This document shows positions 1-35,157 of a DNA stretch of 36,197 nucleotides, piece after piece. Under the pieces are notes generated by a model. It was not told where the DNA came from. It made no database searches and saw only the letters and a program-made list of their open reading frames with translations. The translations under genes and the position numbers were made by a program. How positions within the stretch are numbered: position 1 is the first letter of the stretch; every line of letters starts with the position of its first letter. Source of the DNA: Octopus bimaculoides (Eukaryota); contig NC_068994.1 of NCBI RefSeq assembly GCF_001194135.2, positions 5,263,138 to 5,299,334 on the forward strand, read 5' to 3'.

Positions 1-469
1 ATATATGCATGCCTGTCTGTATGTATTCATAAGTATGGTTGCTTGTCTTGAAATACTGAAGGCCTAACAACGTTTGGGTAGAAGAAGAAACCTTATCAGG
101 GAACGAATGCATATGCGGGTAATTTCGGGTAATCTTATGTTGTTGGTGGTGTATGGGTGGATGAAAGGAGTTTTAATGAGAACTGCGGGGAATCACATAC
201 CCTGAATACACGCACACCCTGTCCCCTGGCTGCTTCATTTGCACCTTATATGCTGTGAGCCCTATTTTCTCACCTGCTCCATTTTTCTCCTCCTCCCTCT
301 GCTCTGCTTCTCCCTTTATGTGTCTTACCTCCCCCCTCCCTCTCTATCTCTTATACACGCAATGTAATAGTACATAACAGACGCCTCTTCCTTCTGCCTA
401 CAACCCAACCCGCACCTCCACAGAGTTCTCTTTTACGTTCTTAGCTTTCTTGATAATCATCATTGTCAT

Positions 470-476
470 CAAGATG

Positions 477-517
<41 letters not shown>

Positions 518-544
518 CATCATCAGCATCATCATCATCATCAT

Positions 545-579
<35 letters not shown>
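470..579. repeat. Compound microsatellite (TAA)n-(CAT)n-(TA)n abutting a gap
   Basis: Seen directly. Confidence 0.95.
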
Positions 580-1551
580 NNNNNNNNNNNNNNNNNNNNN
601 NNNNNNNNNNNNNNNNNNNNNNNNNNNNNNNNNNNNNNNNNNNNNNNNNNNNNNNNNNNNNNNNNNNNNNNNNNNNNNNNNNNNNNNNNNNNNNNNNNNN
701 NNNNNNNNNNNNNNNNNNNNNNNNNNNNNNNNNNNNNNNNNNNNNNNNNNNNNNNNNNNNNNNNNNNNNNNNNNNNNNNNNNNNNNNNNNNNNNNNNNNN
801 NNNNNNNNNNNNNNNNNNNNNNNNNNNNNNNNNNNNNNNNNNNNNNNNNNNNNNNNNNNNNNNNNNNNNNNNNNNNNNNNNNNNNNNNNNNNNNNNNNNN
901 NNNNNNNNNNNNNNNNNNNNNNNNNNNNNNNNNNNNNNNNNNNNNNNNNNNNNNNNNNNNNNNNNNNNNNNNNNNNNNNNNNNNNNNNNNNNNNNNNNNN
1001 NNNNNNNNNNNNNNNNNNNNNNNNNNNNNNNNNNNNNNNNNNNNNNNNNNNNNNNNNNNNNNNNNNNNNNNNNNNNNNNNNNNNNNNNNNNNNNNNNNNN
1101 NNNNNNNNNNNNNNNNNNNNNNNNNNNNNNNNNNNNNNNNNNNNNNNNNNNNNNNNNNNNNNNNNNNNNNNNNNNNNNNNNNNNNNNNNNNNNNNNNNNN
1201 NNNNNNNNNNNNNNNNNNNNNNNNNNNNNNNNNNNNNNNNNNNNNNNNNNNNNNNNNNNNNNNNNNNNNNNNNNNNNNNNNNNNNNNNNNNNNNNNNNNN
1301 NNNNNNNNNNNNNNNNNNNNNNNNNNNNNNNNNNNNNNNNNNNNNNNNNNNNNNNNNNNNNNNNNNNNNNNNNNNNNNNNNNNNNNNNNNNNNNNNNNNN
1401 NNNNNNNNNNNNNNNNNNNNNNNNNNNNNNNNNNNNNNNNNNNNNNNNNNNNNNNNNNNNNNNNNNNNNNNNNNNNNNNNNNNNNNNNNNNNNNNNNNNN
1501 NNNNNNNNNNNNNNNNNNNNNNNNNNNNNNNNNNNNNNNNNNNNNNNNNNN

Positions 1552-1875
1552 CGAGGGAGCAAGACGGCTCCCGGAAGAACTACAGCACGATGGACCATAT
1601 ATTTACTCTAACACAACTGCTTGAACGAGCGAATGAGTACAAGCTGCCTCCCTGCGTTGCGTTTGTAGACTATGAGGAGGCCTTCAACAGCGTCGAGTGG
1701 TACCCGCGCGAGCGGAAACGACGGAAGGCCTCCACGACGGTGGAAGTAGGATTTTAGGAGGGCGATTAGGATCACGTGGATGAGGAAGGCGCGATTCAGA
1801 AAGGAGTGGACAGCGTGCTGTGACCAGCGGTGTCAAATGGACGCCCGACGGACTGGTCGGTCAAGGTGATCAAGG
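1552..1875 (+). mobile_element. RTE-like LINE remnant with internal deletion
   Basis: REQDG.RKNYSTMDHIFTLTQLLERANEYKLPPCVAFVDYEEAFNSVE (RT N-part) is joined directly to WYPRERKRR and a C-terminal/3' region. Confidence 0.8.
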
Positions 1876-2159
1876 TGATATATATACGTATTTATATCCA
1901 TCGTAGATGACCATCTGCAGTCGATTAATAATTGTATTTCTTAATCGGCAGCAGAGGACGCAGTCACGCGGACAGTCAGAAAATCGGAACTGCGACGATC
2001 TTTGCTACACCTACTCTGTGTGTATGTCCAGAGGCGAAGAAACTAAATAAGTGGTGATGTTCTCTTATGTCGCAAACATATTTGAGATCCGACAGCCTCA
2101 ATGACAGTGAATACTCTTAAGATGCTACATTGATGATTCGCATTGACGGTGAAGACACC

Positions 2160-2620
2160 TGCACAAGGAAGCTTTATACTGTAGGTACACATTTCTTATT
2201 ACTATGCTCGCTGTGAAAGAAAGATATCCAGTGGCTAAGGTGAGCCAAGACAGATGGTACCACCTCCAAAATGCAGCCGGTTACCCGAAGACGAGTCTGA
2301 CTTAGAGCCTTTCTCTCTCTCCAGGGCATACTTCCTTATCCTTTGAACTCCACGCAAGGCAGCAAGGTGATACTTAATAAGTGTTGAAGATATACCCAGA
2401 GTAGCTTTGTACATTGTATCTTCGAGGTTACCTCTCAAGTTAATGTGAGGTAGTAATGCATTCATTTATGTGTCTGTGATCGCGAGGAAGACTGGCGGGA
2501 ACCTTTGTGACGGTCAAACTGCATTAGCAAGCAAGATCCATATACTATGTTACTTCCCATTTCACCACATGAGGAAGAGTATAGCAGCGAGGTGTAGGTA
2601 AGCAGGTTACAAGCACTAAT
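2160..2620 (+). mobile_element. Possible decayed CR1-type LINE 3' region
   Basis: Frameshifted pieces KKDIQWL.. and RRQQGD..VLKI resemble the CR1 C-terminus; heavily degenerate. Confidence 0.35.
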
Positions 2621-2649
2621 GCTGTCTTGGCGCATCACACCATTCTTTG

Positions 2650-2656
2650 TGCGTGC

Positions 2657-2698
<42 letters not shown>

Positions 2699-2815
2699 TT
2701 GTGTGTGTGTGTGTGTTTGTTTGTGTATTTATGTATGTACAGAGAGGCAGGCAGGCAGAGACTGACACTTCGACACACCGACAAACACAGACAGTTACAC
2801 TCACATACAAACACA

Positions 2816-2859
<44 letters not shown>
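2650..2859. repeat. (GT)n then (CA)n microsatellites
   Basis: Seen directly; they generate spurious VC/HT ORFs. Confidence 0.95.
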
Positions 2860-3682
2860 NNNNNNNNNNNNNNNNNNNNNNNNNNNNNNNNNNNNNNNNN
2901 NNNNNNNNNNNNNNNNNNNNNNNNNNNNNNNNNNNNNNNNNNNNNNNNNNNNNNNNNNNNNNNNNNNNNNNNNNNNNNNNNNNNNNNNNNNNNNNNNNNN
3001 NNNNNNNNNNNNNNNNNNNNNNNNNNNNNNNNNNNNNNNNNNNNNNNNNNNNNNNNNNNNNNNNNNNNNNNNNNNNNNNNNNNNNNNNNNNNNNNNNNNN
3101 NNNNNNNNNNNNNNNNNNNNNNNNNNNNNNNNNNNNNNNNNNNNNNNNNNNNNNNNNNNNNNNNNNNNNNNNNNNNNNNNNNNNNNNNNNNNNNNNNNNN
3201 NNNNNNNNNNNNNNNNNNNNNNNNNNNNNNNNNNNNNNNNNNNNNNNNNNNNNNNNNNNNNNNNNNNNNNNNNNNNNNNNCCTACACAATAGCACGCACG
3301 CGCACACACACACACACACACACACATACAGAGAGGCAGATACACACACAGACACACACATACACAGACAGACACACACAGAAACACCCCCCCGCATATA
3401 CATGAACAAGGGTGCACACTCACACACATACACACACGCATTCTTTCTCACTTCAGCAACCATAGTCCAGTCTCTCTCCTTTTCCGCCTCCTCTCTCTCT
3501 TTCTCTCCTCCCCTCACTCTCATTCTTATGTTGTCTTTCTCCAAAACGCCCATTCTACACACTGAAATTATCTACCGGTGCATATGTAAAGATGCAACCT
3601 TGTATACATACTTACATACACACACACATACACACATACATACATACCTATATCTATTTATCTATCAATCAATCTATATATA

Positions 3683-3870
3683 TGTGTAAGAATATACAAA
3701 TAATAACAACAGACGAGGACAGGTGGTGTAAATAACAAAAGGATATATTAGTATGACGCTCGGGAATACGGAAAGTCTTTGACGTTTCGAGCTACGCTCT
3801 TTAACAGAAAGAATACGGAGACAAGGAGAAAAACACGGAGAAAAAAAAATTGAATAGTGTTCAGTCAACG
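3683..3870. repeat. Interspersed repeat, copy 1 (possible Penelope-like terminus, gacgtttcgagc motif)
   Basis: Clearly similar to 22304-22416; lies next to (TA)n. Confidence 0.55.
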
Positions 3871-5178
3871 ATGTATGTGCGTATGCTTGTATGTATGAAC
3901 GTATATGTCTATGAAAGTATAATTCACAGTTGGTAAAATTAAGTACAAGCGATTTAAGTTTCAACAGAGTCAGATTTTTCACAATTAATTTTCTGTTTCT
4001 GTACATACACGTGTATATACAGAATGAAAATTATATTGTGGAAATCTAAGCTATATTTTAAATCACTCCCACCCGCCTACACACAGATACACACATTCAC
4101 ACTCATACACACGTCTTTGGTTACAAAAGGGATAAGCAATACTGTATGATGTAGAGCTTATAATAATTAAAATACAGCTGATGAGCCCCACCGTTGATGC
4201 TCGGTATTTCTCCCCACGTGTTGTATGCGGAAGTTTGTTTTGTGCCCTAACAAATGCAATTAATACTAGTCAATGACTTTTGCTGAGATTTTATTGCTAT
4301 GCAGCAGGTAACACTATGGTTGGCTGATGAACAACAGGGAGACTAATTTACTTAGATGTAAAATATTTTGATTTAAGAAATTTTGAAAGTTCTATCGGAA
4401 CGACATTTCTCAAAGGAAATGGTCCTCTGTGGTGAAAGAGATACTACATCTGGGATCTGCTACTCAGTGATACTGTTGGCTGTTTCAGGATCTGGAATTT
4501 TTAAATTAAGCTCAGGTTGCAATTTCTAGTGCATCTTAGTATATGCAGCTATTTTCCCTATGAGATTACGAGGGCGTTTTCAATACAATTATCTTTTTAA
4601 TTTCTAAATAAATTGTACCAAAGTGTAGAATTGTTTCTGCTCTGGAATTGGATTTAGACCACTGATTTATACATTGAAATTCAAGCTTCACATTAGTCAT
4701 TTTTAATTTTTAAATTATGAACTGGAAACCATTTCGGTTTTATATCAAATAATCAACGGTTAAAATTTTAATCTTCTTTCGGCAAAAAGAACTCGAGAGG
4801 TTTTTAGAAATAAGCAATAGCTCGGAGAATCTCCTTGATTACATAAAAGTTAGATACCATCATCATCATCATGACTTACAAGATTTATATTATGTAGACA
4901 CATTTTCATTCACATAAACACACCAGCACACACATAGACGCACATGTATACACAAACCGAATATCAATCAATACGTGTGAGTATTTATGTGGGCATGTAT
5001 GTATGTGTGCATACATACATACACATACATACACACATATATGTATACCTATATGCACGTATGTATATGCCAACTTTGAATGTTGAAACATTTTCATTTC
5101 AGTATATAAGAATGTAATAAGAATGTAATATAAGACGCCATTTAATGTAAATTTGTATATAGATAGGTTAATACCAAA

Positions 5179-5179
<1 letters not shown>

Positions 5180-5266
<87 letters not shown>

Positions 5267-5897
5267 ACACACCTACACACGCATACATAAACATGTATTT
5301 ATATATGTGTATATATACACACATAAATATATGTGTATGTATATATATATGTATGTATATATATGTTTGTATATATATATATATGTATATATATGTATAA
5401 ATATATGTATGTATATATATATGTGTATATATATGTATATATATGTGTGTAAAGATATGTATATATATATATATATATATGTATGCATATGCATATCTAA
5501 GTATGTATGTATGTGTCTATATATGTATACATATATATGTACATAGATGTATCTATCTATCTATCNNNNNNNNNNNNNNNNNNNNNNNNNNNNNNNNNNN
5601 NNNNNNNNNNNNNNNNNNNNNNNNNNNNNNNNNNNNNNNNNNNNNNNNNNNNNNNNNNNNNNNNNNNNNNNNNNNNNNNNNNNNNNNNNNNNNNNNNNNN
5701 NNNNNNNNNNNNNNNNNNNNNNNNNNNNNNNNNNNNNNNNNNNNNNNNNNNNNNNNNNNNNNNNNNNNNNNNNNNNNNNNNNNNNNNNNNNNNNNNNNNN
5801 NNNNNNNNNNNNNNNNNNNNNNNNNNNNNNNNNNNNNNNNNNNNNNNNNNNNNNNNNNNNNNNNNNNNNNNNNNNNNNNNNNNNNNNNNNNNNNNNN

Positions 5898-5986
<89 letters not shown>

Positions 5987-6060
5987 ATATTTCTCCATTA
6001 TATATATATATATATATATATATCCACACACGCATACACATCTATATATACATACATACA
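5180..6060. repeat. (CA)n, TA/TATG-rich and (TATC)n compound array with gap
   Basis: Seen directly. Confidence 0.95.
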
Positions 6061-6507
6061 GCTGCCGGTCACAGTGCGAGAGTGGATCGGGGTGAACATT
6101 GCCGTTTAAAAGAGGCTTTACTAATTTGTGACTCCGTATGAGTGTGTGAGCTTTTGTGCGTACGTGAGTGTATGTGCATGTGTTAGTGTGCGTGTGAATG
6201 GGTGTATCGGTGTGCGTGAGTCTGTTTGAGTGGGTGTATGTTTGTGTGTGTTTGCGTGTGTAGTTAGCAGGTTGAGAGCAACGCACCCTTAGTATTTTTA
6301 CTCTAGCGCTAGTGATGACGCGGGTAGCTGAGTGTGGTTACAACTCTCCCGCTTATGGCGCGCACGCGTGTATATGTATATATGTGAATATAAGGTATCA
6401 CCAAAAAAAAAAAATATATATATAAATAAATAAATAAAAATAAAAATTGATGCACACTGGTTGTTGTGTTACGATTAACATGTTGAGTAATTAATAATTA
6501 TAATGAG

Positions 6508-6778
6508 CTGAGGTGGGTGAATGTTTGAAAAATGGCCAGCGTAAATGAACCAATTCTGAGAATAAACGTCTAAAAAAAAAAAAGAAAATGAAAGGAGAAG
6601 GGCTGTTGCCTTGTGGTTTTTGTGGGGTTTTCCACGAGTAGCCTCAAAGCGCCTCTCCCTATTGGGAGTTTTATTTGTTTTTCCTTGTTATTTTATTTAC
6701 ACGTTCTAAAACCCTTTTGTATCGTCCTGTTTTGTCATTTCATGTTGCTTTTATATTAGCTCTTGTGGCCAATAAAAG
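6508..6778 (+). mobile_element. 5'-truncated retrocopy (L1/Tx1-like 3' end) with 19-bp target-site duplication
   Basis: aattaataattataatgag occurs at 6489-6507 and 6779-6797; the insert has a T-rich 3' UTR and aataaa just before the right repeat. Confidence 0.7.
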
Positions 6779-6837
6779 AATTAATAATTATAATGAGTTG
6801 AGAGGAAAGAATTATTTTCAGTTATGTTAATGAACAA

Positions 6838-7053
6838 TCCTTTCTGTTATACATACAAAGCCTGAATTTTTTGGGGAGGTGTACAATCGATTACATCGAC
6901 CCCCCACTGTTCAACTGGTACTTATTTCGTCGACCCTGAAAGGATGAAAGGCAAAATGACCTCGGAGGAATTTGAACTCAAAACGTAGCGACGGGCGAAA
7001 TACTGGTTAGCATTTCGTCCAGCGTGCTAACAATCCCGCTATCTCGCTATCTT
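6838..7053 (-). mobile_element. tRNA-derived SINE (family with gtcgac..ctttcatccttt core)
   Basis: The reverse strand carries a B-box-like gagttcaaattcc. Similar copies at 7065-7215 and 34866-35070. Confidence 0.8.
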
Positions 7054-7064
7054 AATGTTTATTA

Positions 7065-7215
7065 ATAATGATTTCAAATTTTGGCACAAGGCTAGCGATT
7101 TTAAGGAAGGGGTAGTCGATTACAATGTCTAACTGGTACTTATTTTGTCGACCCCGAAGGAATGAAATACAAAGTCAACCGTTGCAGAATTTGAACTAAG
7201 AACACGAAGACAAAC
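7065..7215 (-). mobile_element. Second, truncated copy of the same SINE
   Basis: gtcgattaca..actggtacttattttgtcgaccccgaaggaatgaaa..gaatttgaact matches 6838-7053. Confidence 0.7.
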
Positions 7216-7804
7216 ACCAACGTCCTCGTTGAGAGGACGTTGTTTCATCCGAATCCACCCAGCGGTTCTTGAGATATCTTGTCCACCAGTTCCTGGGTTA
7301 CTTTAGTGGAGGCCACTTTGTTGAAAATATTTGGGTCAAGTTTCCTGTCTGAGGATGACTTTCTCCTTTCCTCTCATTATTTTCAGATGACTCCAAAATA
7401 GCCATAGGTCATGTCCTTCCTCTCCCAAACTAAACCATTATAGAACGAAACAAAACAAAGTAAGCATACGACTTTATATATTCGTCATTGATTCTATTCA
7501 TTCCTACGATGTTATCTTATTCCAGCCAACGATTTCGGGAGATTTTAGCGCGATCCCACACGGCCCCACGCAAACTCTCACTCACACCTAAGCCCAATAT
7601 CTTACATGGCCCGCAAAAGCTCTTACACGACTTAATATATTCTAGTTTTTTTAGCCTACTCTTAATCAACATTTCCTTAGCAAACCGACCCGAAAATACC
7701 TGTAGACACCCGTCTTCCTATCCACACTAACTTTACGAATTCCTAATCACCATGGAAACCACCTGCATTGTGAGTGAGACGGAGATTACAGCTGGGCAGC
7801 AGCC

Positions 7805-7930
<126 letters not shown>

Positions 7931-8266
7931 CTAAGACAGATAAAAAGTGATTGCAATTCTATCTCCGGCTATAAGTAAATATTATAGACTTTCTGCTGTT
8001 TATTTAGACTTTAAATTGGATATTCCAGAATGTAGACGCAGCCGGTTTTCTTACACTACTACCAATCTATTTAGTTAGTACTAGTTATTTATTTTATATG
8101 CAAAACGTTTCAATTATTTCATCCCATACTACAAAATTAAATATCCATCCATCTCTCTTTATTTCTGCGTGACTGTATGTATGTCTGCCTGTTTCACTCC
8201 TCAGATTAATCCGTTTATGTTTGCTTAATACTGTGTTAAATACTAGACCCTGTCTCTTACACGACA

Positions 8267-8500
8267 TTCTTCTTCTTCTTCTTCTTCTTCTTCTTCTTCT
8301 TCTTCTTCTTCTCTTTTATCTTTCGTTTTCTTTCTTTCTTTCTTTCTATGTATGTATGTATGTATGTATGTATGTATGTATGTATATATGTATGTATGTA
8401 TATATATATGTGTGTATGTAAGTGTCTGTCTGTATGTATGTGTGTATGCGTGTGCGCGTATGTATATATGTATGTATGTATGTGTGTACGTTTGTAGGTA
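8267..8500. repeat. (CTT)n and (TATG)n microsatellites
   Basis: Seen directly. Confidence 0.9.
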
Positions 8501-9103
8501 TGTATTCTGCATATTCATGTGTTTGTGTTTTTTTTTTTGCGTAGCCATTGTAACTTTGCATAGCTTTTTCCTATTGTCGAAGAAATGCAAAAATACAAGG
8601 GAAGTAACTCCTTATTAAAAGTTCGCATTTGCTTTATACGCCTTTTCTGAAGGTCATCTATTGTAGGGGAGACAATCCCTTCTAGATTAAGTTGAGATGG
8701 GCCGAGGAGTCTTAATATTCAACTCAAAGCGCACTTCATATTTCTTTCTTCTCACACATTTTAAAGATTCTTAAAATTTTCAGCTGTTTATAGCTATGTA
8801 TAGCGCAGTTTCATCCGCGATTGGAATTGTTAGATAATTCTTACAGAGAGAAAATAGTTGGCGAAATTCTGCTTTATGTCCTCCATATAACCCCTTTCAT
8901 AATTTTTCCATTTCTTTTAATTTTTAGAAAATCTTTGCGAATTTGTATTCTGCACACGGGAATTTATACGATCATGCAAAAACTAATATATATAAAAAGT
9001 ATTTTACTGCATGATTTAAGATTAAAAATGGAAAATTGTTTTTCATAGCCGTGTGTAAATTGCAAACTCGTAAAAATTTTCTGAAAATTCCAAAAAGTAT
9101 GTG

Positions 9104-9425
9104 AAGGCGCGTGGCTTAGTGGTTAGGGGCATTCGGCTCATGACCATAAGGTCGTGAGTTCAATTCCCGGCGGCGCGTTGTGTCCTTGAGCAAGACACTT
9201 TATTTCACGTTGCTCCAGTCCACTCAGCTGGCAAAAATGAGTAGTACCTGTATTTCAAAGGGCCAGCCTTGTCATACTCTGTGTCACGCTGAATCTCCCC
9301 GAGAACTACGTTAAGGGTACACGTGTCTGTGGAGTGCTCAGTCACTCGCACGTTAATTTCACGAGCAGGCTGTTTCGTTGATTGGGTCAACTGGGACCCT
9401 CGTCGCCGCAACCGACGGAGTGCTC
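9104..9425 (+). mobile_element. tRNA-derived SINE
   Basis: A-box tggcttagtggtt, B-box gagttcaattcc, ccttgagcaagacactt core; 3' half shared with 12717-13100. Confidence 0.85.
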
Positions 9426-10064
9426 TCCAAAAAGTTATGAGGGGGTTATATGCCGTGCGTAAAGCAGAATTCCACCAAATAGTGGTCACTAGTGGTTACT
9501 AGTGTCGTCACATGTGCTGCTGTCAGAACACAAGGAACCGCAACAGTGACCATCAAATATCTCGCCCCCGACGCTAAAACACTTCTGCCAATCCACTACT
9601 ATGAATTATTATTTTTTATGGTTACAGAAAAGATGAAAAGTGAAGACGATCTTGACAAGATTTGAACACAAGAGAGCTGAGAGTGGGTACAAATACAGCC
9701 AAGCATTGTATTCAACGATCTAACAACTCTGCCAAATTCACTGGGTTGGGTAACAAACTGAACGTAAACAAAAACGACCACATAGAAGTTTGCTACATGC
9801 TGTCTCGGGTCACAGAACGCCAACAATATTTCCGTTGTAAACATTCTTCGTTGATATTCCGTAAGACGAACGCTTCTCCGATAAGAAACTTCAAGTAATG
9901 GAAATATGTTACTTGTCCTTCAGTTTCCATTTGAAGTGTGTTAACTATCGTTGCTATGCCATCCTTTATTGTTGGATGTGTTCTGTTTTCATTAACATGG
10001 CAATCAAGCTTCGCATGTAAGTTAATAAATCATAAATCCTTATTCACTAATTGAATTATTTAAA

Positions 10065-10133
10065 ATGTATGCATGTGTGTATGTATGTATGTATGTATGT
10101 ATGTATGTGTGTGTGTGTATGTGTGTGTGTGTG

Positions 10134-10164
<31 letters not shown>

Positions 10165-10239
10165 GTATGCATGCACGCATTTATGTATGTATGTATGTAT
10201 GTGTATGCATGCACGCATATATGTATGTATGTTTATATG

Positions 10240-10273
<34 letters not shown>

Positions 10274-10279
10274 TGTATG

Positions 10280-10330
<51 letters not shown>
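10065..10330. repeat. (TATG)n/(TG)n/(TATC)n compound microsatellite
   Basis: Seen directly. Confidence 0.95.
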
Positions 10331-10453
10331 TACATGTGTATGTGTGCGTGTGTGTGTATGTGCACACATCTGAGATCGTATGCATGTTGCAGGAAATGAA
10401 TTTATAAACCTCACAGAAAACAACTAGCAGTGATTCGTAACCATGTTTTTCAG

Positions 10454-33410
<22,957 letters not shown>

Positions 33411-33698
33411 GTAAGTGGTCGATTTATTTTAAGTTTATGAATCTCTCATATAAATATCTCATGTAAAATTAATGAATCTCTCATATTAGCCGAATGAACG
33501 GCTCCTTGATATTTTTGATGTGGTAATCAAATGTATCGAAGTGCAGTTCGTTTCCGTGAAGTTAAGATTTTCCATTTGCAAACTTGTAGTTCTGGGTTCG
33601 ATCTCGAGTTATTTTGCTTGCGTTGTAAATTTTTACACACTCTGATGTTCACTTATTCCCATTTCTGCTGATCAGCGACAAGCATCGGCAATCTACCT

Positions 33699-34303
33699 GA
33701 CCGGTCTTAAAACATGGACCGAAGAGTCCCAGTCAACTGCAAGTCGTTGCAGCCTTTCACTTCGTGAACGCTGGCGACACAGTGGAAGCTACCACGTGAT
33801 ACATCATTGTATTTGCATTGCTTCTCCTAGGAACGGTTTGTTGCACGACGTTTCTAAGTATCGTTACCTGGTCGAGTCCGCGAGTTCGCGTCTACCCCCA
33901 AGGACCGTACGCTCCCGCTCTAACTCAAGTGTAGCAGGCCTCCGAGGACCCGAAAGATAGCGATCCACGCTCGGTCAAGACGAAGCTAGAGAAAACTCTG
34001 GTGAAAGTTCGAAGTGCCTCTGACGTGAAAATCGATCGTTGGAATATGATGTAGGAACAAAAAAATGAATCGAGCTGTTTTGTAGCTGGTTCTCTCTGAA
34101 GTTTCCCTCAACACAGCAGGCAAAAGCAGGAGAACGATCTGTAACTCTGTCCGGTAAAGCGAGCATCTGGCGGACCCGGTGACGTTAAGGGCCTCGATTT
34201 TCAGTCGAACGGACGAAAAGGGCTGCTTCTCTTGCGCGAAGGTGGTCGTAAATTATTGCAGCCATTGTACTGCGTTACGAATGCACGGTGCCAAGTGGGC
34301 CAC

Positions 34304-34338
<35 letters not shown>

Positions 34339-34578
34339 GAACGTCCAGCTAAGGTGTCTTACACCTCGCCCTCTCGATCTCCGAAAGGATGTCGGTCGAT
34401 ATAGACGGCAGGATGGTGGCCATGGTTGTCAGAATCCGCTCAAGAATGTGTAACANNNNNNNNNNNNNNNNNNNNNNNNNNNNNNNNNNNNNNNNNNNNN
34501 NNNNNNNNNNNNNNNNNNNNNNNNNNNNNNNNNNNNATCCTGGATGAAACCGACCGCGAGTGCAGATCTCGGTAGTAG
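33699..34578 (+). pseudogene. Diverged 28S (LSU) rRNA gene fragment spanning an N gap
   Basis: Colinear near-matches to conserved eukaryotic 28S cores: gaccggtcttaaaacatggaccgaagagtc (33699), ggacccgaaagat (33946), tagctggttctctctgaagtttccctca, gtgggccacttttggtaagcagaactgg (34295), ggtggccatgg..gtcagaatccgct, and after the gap gtgcagatctcggtagtag (to 34578). Confidence 0.88.
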
Positions 34579-34865
34579 ATGGGAAGTTAAGCAGTTGTGG
34601 TCGATGAAAAAGGTAGCAGTAGTACCAATAATTGTCGGAGCCCTGGGAACAGTGAGCAAAAATCTCGAGAAGTACGTGGAACAAATAGGGGCTGCAATAA
34701 GGGTGGAGCACTTGCAGAAAGCAGCACGGCTTGGAACCGCTCGAATACTCCGGAAGGTGCTGGAAAAATAAGAGGTGTTACCTTAGTTCACTGGTAGTGA
34801 ACAGCTGACACCGTAGTACATCTCCAGCGTTAGAGGCTGTGCAAAGGCAATAATAATAATAATAA
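34579..34865 (+). mobile_element. 5'-truncated R4/Dong-like (RLE) non-LTR retrotransposon 3' end with (TAA)n tail
   Basis: WEVKQLWSMKKVAVVPIIVGALGTVSKNLEKY...LQKAARLGTARILRKVLEK*, then a short 3' UTR and a taataataa tail. Confidence 0.85.
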
Positions 34866-35070
34866 ACCTTTCTGCTATAAACACAAGGCCTAAAATTGAA
34901 GAGAAGAGGACGAGTCGATTACATCGATCCCAGCACTAGACTGGTACTTATTTCAGCGTTTCCGAAAAGAATGAACGGCAAAGTCGACTTTAGCGGAATT
35001 TGAACTCAGAAAGTAGCGACGAAATACTGCTTAGCATTTCACCCGCTACGATCCTGCCAGTTTCCCGCCT
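34866..35070 (-). mobile_element. tRNA-derived SINE (same family as 6838-7053)
   Basis: gtcgattacatcgatcccag..actggtactta..gcaaagtcgac..gcggaatttgaactcag. Confidence 0.8.
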
Positions 35071-35091
35071 TATAATAACAATAATAATAAC

Positions 35092-35156
<65 letters not shown>
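35070..35156. repeat. (TAA)n microsatellite
   Basis: Seen directly. Confidence 0.95.

Positions 35157-35157
<1 letters not shown>

Noticed and set aside
1900-2100. Weak resemblance to 5.8S / 28S 5' end (gaggcgaagaaactaa)
   Set aside because: Only short scattered words with no colinear run like 33699-34578.
4273-4307. MTFAEILLLCS + gtaaca as a signal-peptide exon
   Set aside because: Too short, phase 2 rather than the required phase 1, and no compatible next exon found.
7440-7790. Possible LINE remnant on the minus strand
   Set aside because: No diagnostic motif could be read with confidence.
9628-9898. Possible extra upstream exon (ORF LNTRELRVGTNTAKHCIQRSNNSAKFTGL, donor G|gtaaca ~9751)
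   Set aside because: The good acceptor (ttacag, 9627) gives stops in all three frames, and the only in-frame acceptor lacks a pyrimidine tract. Unsupported without RNA data.
33699-34578. Functional rDNA unit or bacterial/parasite contamination
   Set aside because: It is a partial fragment with substitutions in universally conserved positions, no 18S/5.8S, and is fused to a host-type LINE. A divergent-organism origin cannot be fully excluded without BLAST.
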